From Centroscyllium fabricii (lineage: Eukaryota), in the NCBI GenBank assembly GCA_051313645.2, contig JBNRSN020000015.1:30628001-30692000 (forward strand): a DNA stretch of 64,000 nucleotides, in the 5' to 3' direction. Below the pieces are notes generated by a model. That model ran no database searches. It was not told the origin of the DNA and worked only from the letters and a program-made list of their open reading frames with translations. Shown one piece after another: positions 23,155 to 35,080 of this stretch. The position numbers and the translations under genes are program-made. Position 1 is the stretch's first letter, and each line of letters opens with the position of its first letter.

Positions 23155-23970
23155 AGAGGTTTTGAGTACAGGAATAGGGAGGTCTTGCTGCAGTTGTACA
23201 GGGCCTTGGTGAGACCAAGCCTTGAGTACTGTGTGCAGTTTTGGTCTCCTTATCTAAGGAAGGACGTTCTTGCCATGGAGGGAGTGCAGAGGAGATTCAC
23301 CAGGCTGATACCTGGGATGGCAGGATTGACGTATGGGGAGAGACTGGGTAGACTGGGTTTGTACTCTCTGGAGTTTAGAAGATTGAGAGGGGATCTCATC
23401 GAAACGTATAAAATTCGAACTGGTCTGGACAGACTTGATGCAGGAAGAATGTTCCCGATGGTAGGAGAGTCCAGAACCAGGGGCCATAGTCTGAGGATAA
23501 GGGGTGACTCATTTAGGACAGAGATGAGGAGGAATTTCTTCACCCAGAGGGTGGTGGGGCTGTGGAATTTGCTGCCCCAGAGAGCTGTGGAAGCTACTAC
23601 TTTGAATAATTTTAAAACAGAGATAGACAGTTTCCTGGAAGTAAAGGGAATTAGGGGTTATGGTGAGCGGGGAGGTAAGTGGACGTGAGGATAGGTTCAG
23701 ATCGGCCATGTGATCTCCTGGACCAGTTTTCGATCACCTAGATGGGTCGGAGAGGAATTTCCCAGATTTTTTCTCCCAAATTGGCTACTGGGTTTTTTAT
23801 CTGGTTTTTCGCCTCTCCCAGGTGATCACATGGGTTTGGGTGGGGTGGAGAGTTAAAATAAAATTGAGGTTAGGATCAGATCAGCCATGATCTTGTTGAA
23901 TGGCGGAGCAGGCTCGAGGGGCCGATTGGCCTACTCCTGCTCCTATTTCTTATGTTCTTATGTTCTTATG
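23155..23970 (+). mobile_element. 5'-truncated CR1 with an extended 3' UTR
   Basis: Open RT C-terminal frame ending at 23688; (TTCTTATG)n tail. Confidence 0.93.
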
Positions 23971-24640
23971 ACTGGAGTTTAATTTGGTTAAAAAGAACAG
24001 CTGAATTCCAAGTGGTTTTATTAATAATATTAGTTGGAAATTTGTTTTTTTAGTGTTGGGCTATTTTAAGGAATTTGTCCATTAGTCTTTGTCCTGATAC
24101 AAAATCAAGAGGTCCTTTACAGCTATGGGAAAAAACTGTGTTATATTTGCAGGCATTGGAACAGTGTGACACCATACTCACGGGACTATGTTTAATTACC
24201 ATAACGCTTTGGAAGCAGCTAAAACAAGACCAGACGCCACTGAGACCCAAAAGAGTGGAGAAACACATGAAAAGAACCACACAGCAACTCCACGCACTAT
24301 AAACCCTACGCCGCAGGATTTGTTAAACATATGTATCTTTCAGACAGTGTATTCTTTGATTATTTTTTTGTGTGTTCCTAGCTGAGCTGTGTCGTTCGGC
24401 AGCTAAGACAGGTTCACCTGCTGTGTGCTTCTTCAGACATCATGGCAATCTCGTGTTAGTCTGTAATTTATTTTCCTAGTTCACATCAGAGGTAGAAAGA
24501 GCTGCAGTAAAGCAATATATCTCAGCAACAGCAATGACAGCTTGTATTTATATGGCCACTAATGTAGGCGCTTCATGAGAGCATTATTGGACCAAACGAT
24601 ACACTGAGCCAAAGAAGGAGATATTTGAAGAGGTAACTAA

Positions 24641-27600
24641 TAAGAGGGCTTTAAATCTAATTAGTGGGGGGGAGGTTTCTAGAGAGCAAATAAATAAAAT
24701 GACACTAGAGAAGGTAATGGACATAGGTAACAACGGGGCAATTAAAAGACAGAGTGTGTCAGGAAAGGAAAGAATGTATGGAGATAAAGGTAAAGTTGAA
24801 AAAAGGGAAAAAGCAGGAATGAAGTGTCAGACATATTTGAAAGTCCTTTATTTGAATGCACGTAGTATTCGTAATAAAATGGACGAGTTGACGGCACAAA
24901 TAGTTACATATGGGTATGATCTTGTGGCAATTACGGAGACATGGCTACAGGGTGACCAGGACTGGGAATTAAACATACAAGGGTATTTAACGATTAGGAG
25001 GGACAGGCGGGAAGGAAGGGGAGGTGGGGTGGCTATGTTAGTAAGGCAAGGTATCACGGCAATACAGCGGAATGATATTGGTTCAGAGCATCAAGATGGT
25101 GAAACAGTTTGGGTGGAAATAAGAAATAATAAAGGGAAAAAAACACCAGTGGGCGTAGTCTATAGGCCTCCAGACAGTTGTAACACAGTTGGTCGGAGTA
25201 TAAATCAGGAAATAGTTGGGGCTTGTAATAAGGGAACAGCTATAATTATGGGAGATTTTAACTTTCATATTGACTGGACTAATCAAGTTGGACAGGGCAG
25301 CCTTGAGGAAGAGTTCATTGAGTGTATTAGGGATGGGTTCCTTGAACAGTACGTAACTGAACCGACCAGGGGGCAAGCAATCTTGGATCTGGTCCTATGT
25401 AATGAGACAGGATTAATTAAAAATGTCCTAGTAAAGGATCCCCTTGGAAAGAGTGACCATAACATGGTCGAATTCCAAATTCAATTAGAGGGTGAGAGGG
25501 TTGGATCTCAAACAAGGGTACTGAGCTTAAATAAAGGAGACTATGATGGTATGAGAGCAGAATTGATTAAGGTGGACTGGGGAAACAGATTAAAGGGTAA
25601 GACGGTACATGATCAGTGGTGTGTATTCAAGGAGTTATTTTATAACTTTCAAGATAAATATATTCCACTGAGGAAAAAGGGGTGTAAAAGTAAAAACAAC
25701 TATCCGTGGCTAAGTAAAGTAATAAAGGAGAGTATCCGACTAAAAACAAGGTTATATAAGGTAGCTAAATCTAGTGGGAAGATAGAAGATAGGGAAGCTT
25801 TTAAATGTCAGCAAAAGATAACAAAAAGATTGATTAGGAAAGGGAAGATAGATTATGAAAGTAAATTAGCAAAAAATATAAAAACAGATAGCAAGATTTT
25901 CTATAGTTACATAAAAAGAAAAAGGGTGGCTAAAGTAAATGTTGGTCCTTTAGAGGATGAGACCGGGAAATTAATGGTAGGAGACATGGAGATGGCAAAA
26001 GCGCTGAACAAATATTTTCTATCCGTCTTTACAGTAGAGGACACTCAAAATATCCCATCATTGGATAAACAGGTGGCTCTAGGGGGGGAGGAGCTAATTA
26101 CGTTTAAAGTAACTAAGGAGGTGGTACTTGGGAAAATTATGGGACTTAAGGAGGATAAATCTCCTGGACCTGATGGCTTACATCCTAGGGTCTTGAAGGA
26201 AGTGCGGTAGGGATTGTGGATGCGTTGGTAATAATTTTTCAAAACTCACTGGACTCGGCAAAGGTTCCGGCAGATTGGAAAACTGCTAACGTAACGCCCT
26301 TATTTAAAAAGGGTAATAGACAGAAGGCTGGAAATTATAGACCAGTTAGCCTAACATCTGTGGTTGGCAAAATGTTAGAATCTATTATTAAGGAAACAGT
26401 AACAGGGCATTTGGATAAACACCATTTAATTGGACAAAGTCAGCATGGTTTTACAAAGGGGAAGTCATGTTTGACAAATTTGCTAGAGTTCTTTGAGGAC
26501 ATAACATATAGGGTGGATAAAGGGGAACCAGTGGATGTGGTGTATTTGGACTTCCAAAAGGCATTTGACAAGGTGCCCCACAGAAGATTATTACTCAAGA
26601 TAAAAAATCACGGGGTTGGGGGTAATATTCTGGCATGGGTGGAGGATTGGCTTTCTAACAGAAAACAGAGTTGGGATAAATGGTTCGTTCTCAGACTGGC
26701 AGTCAGTCACTAGTGGTGTTCCGCAAGGGTCGGTGCTGGGACCCCAACTCTTTACAATCTATATTAACGATTTGGAAGAAGGGACCAAGTGCAACATATC
26801 AAAGTTTGCGGATGACACAAAGATGGGAGGGAGGGTGATGAATGAGGAGGACATTAAAAACCTGCAAAAGGACATAGATAGGCTAAGTGAGTGGGCAGAG
26901 ATTTGGCAGATGGAGTATTATACTGGAAAATGTGAAGTTATGCACTTTGGCAGGAAAAATAATAGAGCGAGTTATTATCTAAATGGAAAGGAACTGGAAA
27001 GTACTTCAGTGCAAAGGGATCTGGGGGTCCTGGTGCAGGGGACACAAAGTTAATATGCAGGTGCAGCAGGTGGTAAGGAAGGCCAACGGAATGTTGGCTT
27101 TTATTGCTAAGGGGATTGAGTATAAAAGCAGGGAGGTCTTGCTGCAGTTGTACAGGGTATTGGTGAGACCACACCTGGAATAGTGCGTGCAGTTCTGGTG
27201 TCCCTATTTAAGAAAGGACATACTTGCTCTCGAGGCAGTGCAGAGAAGGTTCACTAGGTTAATTCCGGGGATGAGGGGGCTAACATATGACGAGAGGCTG
27301 AGTAGATTGGGCCTCTACTCATTGGAGTTCAGAAGAATGAGAGGCGATCTTATTGAAATATATAAGATTGTGAGAGGGCTTGATCGGGTGGATGCGGTGA
27401 GGATGTTCCCAATGGTGGGTGAGACTAGGACTAGGGGGCATAATCTTAAAATAAGGGGCTCCCATTTCAAAACTGAGATGAGGGGGAACTTCTTTACTCA
27501 GAGGGTGGTGCGGCTGTGGAATTTGCTGCCCCAGAGAGCTGTAGAAGCTACTACGTTGAATAAATTTAAAACTGAGATAGACAGTTTCCTGGAATTGAAG

Positions 27601-27920
27601 GGAATTAGGGGTTATGGTGAACGGGCTGGTAAGTGGACGTGAGGCTAGGTTCAGATCGGCCATGTGATCTCCTGGACCAGTTTTCGATCGCCTAGATGGG
27701 TCGGAGAGGAATTTTCCTGATTTTTTTTTCTCCAAAATTGGCTACTGTTTTTTTAAAATCTGGTTTATCACCTCTCCCAGGTGATCACATTGGTCTGGGT
27801 GGGGTGGAGAGTAAAAATAAAATTGAGGTTAGGATCAGATCAGCCATGATCTTGTTGAATGGCGGAGCAGGCTCGAGGGGCCGATTGGCCTACTCCTGCT
27901 CCTATTTCTTATGTTCTTAT
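24641..27920 (+). mobile_element. Long CR1 LINE with a complete but disabled ORF2
   Basis: 8-bp TSD GTAACTAA (24633-24640, 27921-27928); APE and RT domains; 3' UTR. Confidence 0.95.
24699..27642 (+). pseudogene. CR1 ORF2 (APE endonuclease + RT) with frameshifts and a stop
   Basis: YLNARSI, AITETWL, GGGV, YRPP, MGDFN, LDLVL, SDH; RT YLDFQKAFDKV and KFADDTK; breaks near 26205, 26665, 27045 and TAG at 27181. Confidence 0.93.
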
Positions 27921-28722
27921 GTAACTAAAAGCTTGGTCAAAGAGCTGGTTTTTAAGGCGGGTCTTCAAGGAGAAAAGAGAGGCGGAGAGGTTTAGGAAGG
28001 GATTTCCAGAGTTTAGGACCCAGAGGGCTGAAGGCACAGCTGCTAATGAAGGAAGTGGGGGATGCATAACAGGCCAGAGTTGGAGGAATGCAGAGTTCTT
28101 GGAGAGTTGTAGGGCTAGAGGAGGTTATAGAGAGGGTCATTAGAGGGACATGAGGATGTGAATTTAAAATTTGAAGCATTGGTGGACAGGGTTGTTTGGT
28201 GAGCAGGACTTGGTATGTGTGAAGCTACAGGCAACAAAGCGTTTAATGAGCTCAATTTGATGGAGGGTGGACGATGGGAGGCTGGCCGGCCAGGAGAACA
28301 TTGGTTAGGAGTCTGGAGGTAACCAAAGCACGGATGAAGATTACAGCAGCAGATTGGCTGAGGCAGGGATGGAGACGAGCGATGTTATAGAGATGGAAGT
28401 AGGCAGTTTATGTGATGAGAGGATTTGGGGTTGGAAACTCAGCTTGGGGTCAAGTGGGACACCAAAGTTGTGAACAGTCTGGTTCGGCCTGAGGCCGTGG
28501 CTGGGGTTGGGACAGAATTGTTGGCAAGGGTATGGAGTTAGTGTGGGGGGTGGAACCGAAGACAGTGGCTTCGGTCTTCCCTATGTTTAACTGGAGGAAA
28601 ATATGACTCATCAGGCATGGATGTTGGACAAGCAGTCTGACAAGGCCGAGCCAGTGTGTGTCATGTCCATTATCTTACCGCTTCTAGAATGAAATGTCTT
28701 AGTTATGGTTAGAACTTCATTG

Positions 28723-29352
28723 TAAGTGGGATTTCAGTGTAAAGGCCCTGTCACACCTAGACGTTTTAGCCACAGTATGCAAATTTGGCTAAAACGCTGG
28801 GTTACGTCGGATACGTTATGGGTACGTTATGCATATGTTAAGAGCACGCTGGCATACGCTGGCCATAAGTTGCATAAGTCGTTGTACTTCGAGTAAGTCG
28901 AGAAATTTTGAGCATGCACAAAATTTCTCGACGTATCTTGCCTATGATTCACACGTTCCGCATACGCTGGCCATACGTTGTAGGCACGTTAGGTGATTGT
29001 TGACACACGTCGACACACGTTACTTGTAAGTTAGTCATAAGTCAAAAGACGTCGAGATAATTTCTAAGCGTACCCGGAACTTATTTCTAACCTATGAGTA
29101 ACGTGCTTTGAACCTATGTGTAACGTATCTCCAACGCATATCGACGACCACAGAACTTACTGAACGTGTTTGCTACCGTATAAAACGTTATGCATACGTT
29201 ATGCATACGTCCAACTCGTTATGAATACGCTATTAAACGCCCAAAGTTCAGCGTAACCCAGCGTTTTAGCCAAATTTGCATACTGTGGCTAAAACGTCTA
29301 GGTGTGACAGGGCCTTAAGTGGGATTTCAGTGTAAGTGGGATTTCAGTGTAA
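28723..29352 (+). repeat. Three tandem copies of the 17-bp unit TAAGTGGGATTTCAGTG, split by a MITE
   Basis: One copy to the left of the MITE and two to the right, all identical. Confidence 0.9.
28743..29315. mobile_element. Young PIF/Harbinger MITE (573 bp)
   Basis: Perfect 64-bp TIRs starting AGGCCCTGTCACAC; TAA TSD. Confidence 0.93.
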
Positions 29353-29554
29353 CTTGTGGACAGAAAATGATGGAAAATAAAGTAATGTGCTTTTAATATG
29401 GAGAGCTTACTTTACAAAAACACAGTGCCAGTCAAGCAAGCTACACTTCGGGAGAAATTGCAAAAGACAATACTTAACAATACAAATCAGAATTTAAAGA
29501 TGCTCTGCCTTAAAGTGGTAATTTTTCAATAGTAAAAGAATTCAGTGGTAAAGA

Positions 29555-29850
29555 CAGAACTTGCATTTATATGGCACCGTTCATGTCCTCAAGATGTCCC
29601 AATGCACTTCATAGGCAATTAATTACTTTTGAATAGGAGTCATGGTTGTTTATGTAGGCAAATATGGCAGCCAATTTGCACACAGCAAGGTCCCACAAAC
29701 AACAAGCCGATAAATGATCAGTTTTGGTGGTGTTGGCTTAACGATAAATCTTGACTGGCGATCTTCCCAACTTGTTTTCGAATAATGTCACGGGGTCTTT
29801 TAAATTCACCTGAACAGGCAGGCGTGGCTTCGATCTAGCGTCCCATCCGA
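29555..29850 (-). mobile_element. DeuSINE-like SINE, degenerate
   Basis: CTTGCATTTATATGGCACC tail and Deu-domain remnants. Confidence 0.7.
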
Positions 29851-31177
29851 TAAACGCTACTCACCCAGTGGGGCTACTGGGCTTAAAATTGCTGGAAAGA
29901 TCATTGCAGTTATTTATGGTTCAATTATTGGTTGCAATATCTTTAACTTGAGACATAAATTCCTTTAAAGAGTCATCTCACTATCACTTTTTTTAAAGTA
30001 TTTATATTCTCCTCACCCTTCCTATTTCCCTGTGTCGCACACCCATTCTTGTTGAGAGTGTGAGTAGGTAATCTGCTCCCAGATCTATGCTGGCGCTACT
30101 TTGAAACCAGCTGCTGGGAGGGAGACAAAAGAAGCCTGTGGTGCCACTGCCTTTGATTTTGCACCGCAGTTGGCCTCTGCTCAGTACTACCCTATAGTGT
30201 CACTGCTTGAGATCAGGCACTCCAGTGTGGAGTGATGGGCGGGAGCCGTGGGACAGCACGTTACAGCTGCCCTGCCCTTTGAGTCATAAATCTGCAACTT
30301 ATAAAATATACTGCGTTAGTCACAGTGGTGTCAACCCGTAATGATCAGTTTATTTTTTATGATCGAATTTATTGCTCGTTCAACACTCTGGCTGAGAGTT
30401 TCCACTTTGGGCACAATCAGCAATCTGGGTGCAAATTGCACTAGTTTGAAGAAGTGTGGGTTTTTTTTGTTCAAGTTTCCTTAAACTCATTTGCATGTTG
30501 CCGAATGTAAAATCTGCCATGAACCAGCACTATCAGGCAGTGTTTTAGAATGTCATTAAGAACAAATTTTGCATTCAAAAATATTCCTTGATATATTTAA
30601 GAATGGTAACCTTTTTATTAATACAGCTGAAAATGGGTTTATCACAAAAAAATAAGCATTTTTAATCAGTGTCTGGTCCACCACCTGTGAGTAACTTGAT
30701 ATTAAATAACTGAAAATGTCTTTAAAATAACTATACGGAACCATTAACTAGTCACATTGGTGTACAATAGACAGTTCCTTATTAATTAACTTTTTTAAAG
30801 CTTTTAAAACATGCCTATTGGGGTCGTTGCGCTTAATAAAAAAAAAGCTTAATTTTAAGAACCTCCTCATAGAACTGGTGCAATTAGCTGAAACTCACAA
30901 CGGAGATTAATTTGACCTGGGGGCATGGACAGTTTTGCGGGCGGGGCCGGCTTCTAGTGTGATGTTTTTTCAACTAGCGCAAAAGATCGCAGAAACTCGA
31001 TTTGCGCTGGACATAATTTTCGCTTGAAATTCTTCTATCTTTGTGCTGGTTTGGTCAATTTGTGCGAATTGCGCTATACCAGCTCAGCCTTGAAGAAACT
31101 CCTGCCCTCCAGCATAGACCGTATGTTTCCGACTTAGTTGTGAATCAATGAAGCTCATAACAGACAGCAAACACTAA

Positions 31178-31350
31178 GGGGGGCAATGTTCGACTAACCG
31201 CTGACCTGTGAAGCCAGCGGTGCAAGTTGGGCACCAGTTATAGAAACCGCCCAATTGTTCCTTTCCATTGATTTGAAATAGGGTGGTTGCTATAATGGGC
31301 GCCCAACCTGCGACGCCAGTTTTACAACCTGGCAGTAAGTTTAAAATCAG
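31178..31350. repeat. Old palindromic MITE remnant
   Basis: TGCAAGTTGGGCACCAGTTATAGAAACCGCCC mirrored by GGGTGGTTGCTATAATGGGCGCCCAACCTGCG. Confidence 0.6.
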
Positions 31351-31518
31351 CATTTGAAAGAGAGAGTGTGAGTTAACATCTTAGATGGGCCCCGTCATCA
31401 GGATTCTGAAATGTTAACCTGTCTTTCTCTTTCAGATGTTGACGGACTGGCTGTGTAATTCCTGAATTTTCTGTTTTTATTTTAGATTTGCAGATTATTA
31501 TTTTTTTCATCCCTACAG

Positions 31519-31602
31519 GTACTGATATTTCACTGATTTTTGCAAGACGGCATAGTTTTAACCTTTGCCAGGGAAATAATTTAAAGAAGGCAAAAAAAGA
31601 TG
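31519..31602 (+). other. Candidate 84-nt host exon
   Basis: T-rich tract with CCCTACAG acceptor; ATG|GTAAAT donor; one open frame (phase 1-1). Confidence 0.25.
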
Positions 31603-32839
31603 GTAAATTGCTCCAACGTGAGAGTTATGCTTCGGACGACCCATCAGCACTGAATGAGTGAGTCAGAACATTTGAATTTTACAGCAGGCCGTGGAGCTAT
31701 GTGCCTTAATACCAACTGATGACTATCCTCTACCAAGATTCCAGAGGGGCCGAATCATCTTAAATCTACAAGTCTTGTACTTCCTGACTGCAGAACAAGC
31801 ACGAACTGTTTTGTTAAATCTTCTGTGAGTAACTTTTACCACACAAACAGTAATTAAACTGTGGTAGAATTCTCTGCTGCACTCTGGTGTGACATAACTA
31901 AAGTAACCCATGGCTACCGGGTGCACGACTCATGGATCCGACGGGACAAAACACACTCAATAGCTTTGTTGCTGATGTGTCTCGGTCGGTTCACTCGTGT
32001 AAATATGGTATCACCACTGGTAACTTGAGGCTGCCACAGTGTAGCCTTAATTATATTGCTGCAGTCCTTCCCCCAGCCCCATCCTCTGACAGAAATGCTC
32101 AGGTATGTAGCCGATCGGTCACAGCAGCATTTAGTATTTTTTTCCAGACTGGGAAATAAAGTCAAGAATCTTTAATCGGGCTGTTTCTGCCTCTCATTAG
32201 GACACTTGCTGGAGCCAGTGCACCCTACGCTGAGAAATAATTGTTAACATCCTATCCATACCTTCGATATGCTGATGTGTTAATATTTAAGACCATTTCC
32301 AGACTGCAACATAAACATGTCTCATTGACTTGACCCAACTGATCACAGGAGATGGGACCGCTGTCCTCAAATGACTCGAGGGAGGTATTTTCAGCCATTG
32401 ATTCAGAAATGTGGAGAACAATGTGATGCTTTCACAGTGATTGTATCCAGATCAGTTTGTGATATAACACTAAAGGGCTGTGTAAGTGTTATGTAATCAG
32501 TACACGAAAATGCTGAATCACACTCCATTAATAATTCTTCCAGTTTTTGTTTGAGGGAAGGGGGGGGGGATTTAAATCTTACCAGAGTTTGCATTTGTTC
32601 TTGTATTATTTTTAAATTTATAAAAGGGACAGAGAGTGTTACCACAAGTCAAACGATATCATTTGTAATGAACTTGCTGGCTTCCAGACAGAAATTCCAT
32701 TCACCCAGTGTTGTCCACTCTCTAAACAGACAGCAAAATTTGTCCCACAAAAGCTGCATTTCTTCCTTCCCCACCGACATCCATTTTAAATAACAACAGA
32801 AAATTCTGAAGATCTACAGCGGATCAGGCAGTTTCTTCA

Positions 32840-33605
32840 GTTTCCTAGCCACTGACTCTATCCCTCTCCCTAGCTACTGTCCGAGGCTGAACCAGACTGT
32901 TTGCAACCTTGATGTCGTATTTGACCATGAGATGAGCTTCCGATCACTTATCTGCTCCATCACCAAGACTGCCTACTCCCACCTCTAACATCACTCGACT
33001 TCAACCCTGCCCCAGCTCATCTGCTGCTGAATCCCTCATCCATGTCTTTGTTATGTCTAGACTTGACTATTTCAACACTCTCCTGGCCAGTTTCCTATCT
33101 TCCACTATCCATAACCTTGAGCTCATCCAAAACTCTATCCTAACTCGCAACAAGTCCTATACACCCATCACCACTGTGCTCCCTGACCTACATTGGCTCC
33201 CGGTCCGGCAATACTACAATTTAAAAGTTCTCATCCTTGTTTTCAAATCCCTCCGTGGTCTCGTCCCTCCCTATCTCTGTAACCTCCTCCAGCCCTACAA
33301 CTGTCAGAGATCTCTGCGTTTCTCCAATTCTGGCCTCTTGCACATCCCTGAATTTAATCACCCCATCATTGGCAGCGTGCCTTCAGCTGCCTAGGCGCTA
33401 AGCTCAGGAATTCCCTCCCTAATCTTCTCTACCTCACCCTCCTCCTTTAAGACGCTCCTTAAAACCTGCCTCTGACCAAACTTTTGGTCATCTTTCCTAA
33501 TATCTCCTTATGTGACTCGATGTCAAATTTTGTTTGCTGACTCTCCTGTGAAGCGCTTTGGGATGTTTTACTACATTAAAGGTGCTATATAAATACAAGA
33601 TGTTG
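32840..33605 (+). mobile_element. L2 LINE 3' fragment
   Basis: SRLDYFNTLL..LELIQN..LHWLPV..LILVFKSL; ...GGTGCTATATAAATACAAG tail. Confidence 0.9.
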
Positions 33606-33622
33606 TCTGGAAGAGGATGACC

Positions 33623-33658
33623 GATTAATATTTCAGGTATAGCCTTTCATCAGAACCG
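33623..33658 (-). ncRNA. Minimal type-I hammerhead ribozyme motif (Penelope-derived)
   Basis: GGTT-CTGATGA-AAGGCTATACCT-GAAA-TATT-AATC: both core boxes intact, palindromic helix III. Confidence 0.55.
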
Positions 33659-34164
33659 GCGGCGCACAGTCAGGCTGGAGAAGCCCCTCATATAGCACAC
33701 AGCCAAATGAAGGAAGAACAGGTGGAGCTGAGCAGCAGGGATTTGGTAACTACTTTCACAAAGGCAGTGCATGGGTTTAATGGGTAAAGAGGTTTAAAGA
33801 GGTGTTTTCAGTGTATATAGTGATAGGGCTGTGCCACCTTCTGAACGAAGATCTACAAACAAGATCAGTGTTCAAATCAAGTCCAATGCATTCATTTTAT
33901 CGATTGTTTGGTATGTGAATGTTGTCAGCATGATGCTCCCTAGCAATGCCTGATACTGTTGAGCCTGGCTGGTTCTGTTTGCTTTTGAACACATCTATTA
34001 TCACGCACATAAATGCTTGATGGACCAGATGCAGCATTGCCTTGAAAGACAGCTGTCTTATCCATTCCTACTAGACATGCCCCTGCTGCTAAACACTCCC
34101 TCAGCATGTTGTCTAGTCTGTGAGCAGCAATGAGATCTGTGAATCCCTTCCTGTGTTGTCTTGC

Positions 34165-34275
34165 AGCATGGGAAAGGGCAGGGGAGTGGGATTAACTGGA
34201 TTGCTATTCGAAAGAACTGGCACAGTTTGATGGGCCAAATGGCCTCTTTCTGTGCTGTACTATTCTATGATTTTA
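34165..34275 (+). mobile_element. CR1 3' tail fragment
   Basis: GATGGGCCAAATGGCCTC..TGTGCTGTA..TTCTATGAT. Confidence 0.7.
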
Positions 34276-34894
34276 TACTGCATATTTAATGTAAGGTTAC
34301 GGCTGTTTATATGAAAACTTAAATGGATTCTTTTCTACTAGAGGAATTCTTTTCTAAAATCAAAATTTAACATGCTTCTGCCAAACAATACTCCCCCCGT
34401 ACCCAAAACCAACACCACAGGCCACAACCATCACACCATACAAACTGACTTTACATTCAATTCAACCCCCAGCAAAAGCTTTCCCGACCGCTTTAAACCC
34501 TAATGAGCCCAGTTCTTCATGTTGTCTTCTCCATAGAACAACATTGGCTTCTAGCCCTCCAATGACAACACTTAATCCAGTGTAGGATACAATCCTCATT
34601 GGTTCCTTCATTGTTACTTGTGTTTCAGTACAGTTTCTAACCATGCTCCTTGAAATGGGTGATGGACAATTCTACAACACCGAAATTTGATAATGCTCCT
34701 CCTTTTGATGAGTTCAAACTAGGACTGGTAAAACAGCAACTCTCAAAGCAGGCAGCTTAGTGTACCGCAGGAGGACGGATTGTACGGCAAGTGTACAATG
34801 GCTGTAAGTGAGGAGATAGCTTGAGTAACAATGCTGCCCAATAACTGCCTGGAGGCCTTGTAACTGTCAGTCAAACCATGGACGTAAGATTAAG

Positions 34895-35010
34895 GAAGAA
34901 CTTGCATTTATATCGCACCTTTGACATCTTTGGGATATCACAGCATGCTTCACAGCCAATAAAGTACTTTTGAAGTGTAGCTACTATTGTAATGTAGGGA
35001 ATCTGAATGT
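34895..35010 (-). mobile_element. DeuSINE 3' fragment
   Basis: GAACTTGCATTTATATCGCACC..AAGTACTTTTGAAGTGTAG. Confidence 0.7.
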
Positions 35011-35080
35011 CTTTATCTTGGCAGACAGTATTTTCTGGTACATGGCTCATAAACACCTACCAAGGCTCAGTCATTTAGAG

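Larger units (their letters stand above)
24535..28660 (-). mobile_element. L2 LINE 3' fragment split by CR1 (parts 24535-24640 and 27921-28660)
   Basis: Reverse complement of the L2 at 32840-33605 (LWKSLPKPLRL); tail shared with DeuSINE. Confidence 0.75.

Noticed and set aside
31932-32159. 75-aa ORF MDPTGQNTLNSF as a host exon
   Set aside because: No recognisable homology and only weak splice signals.
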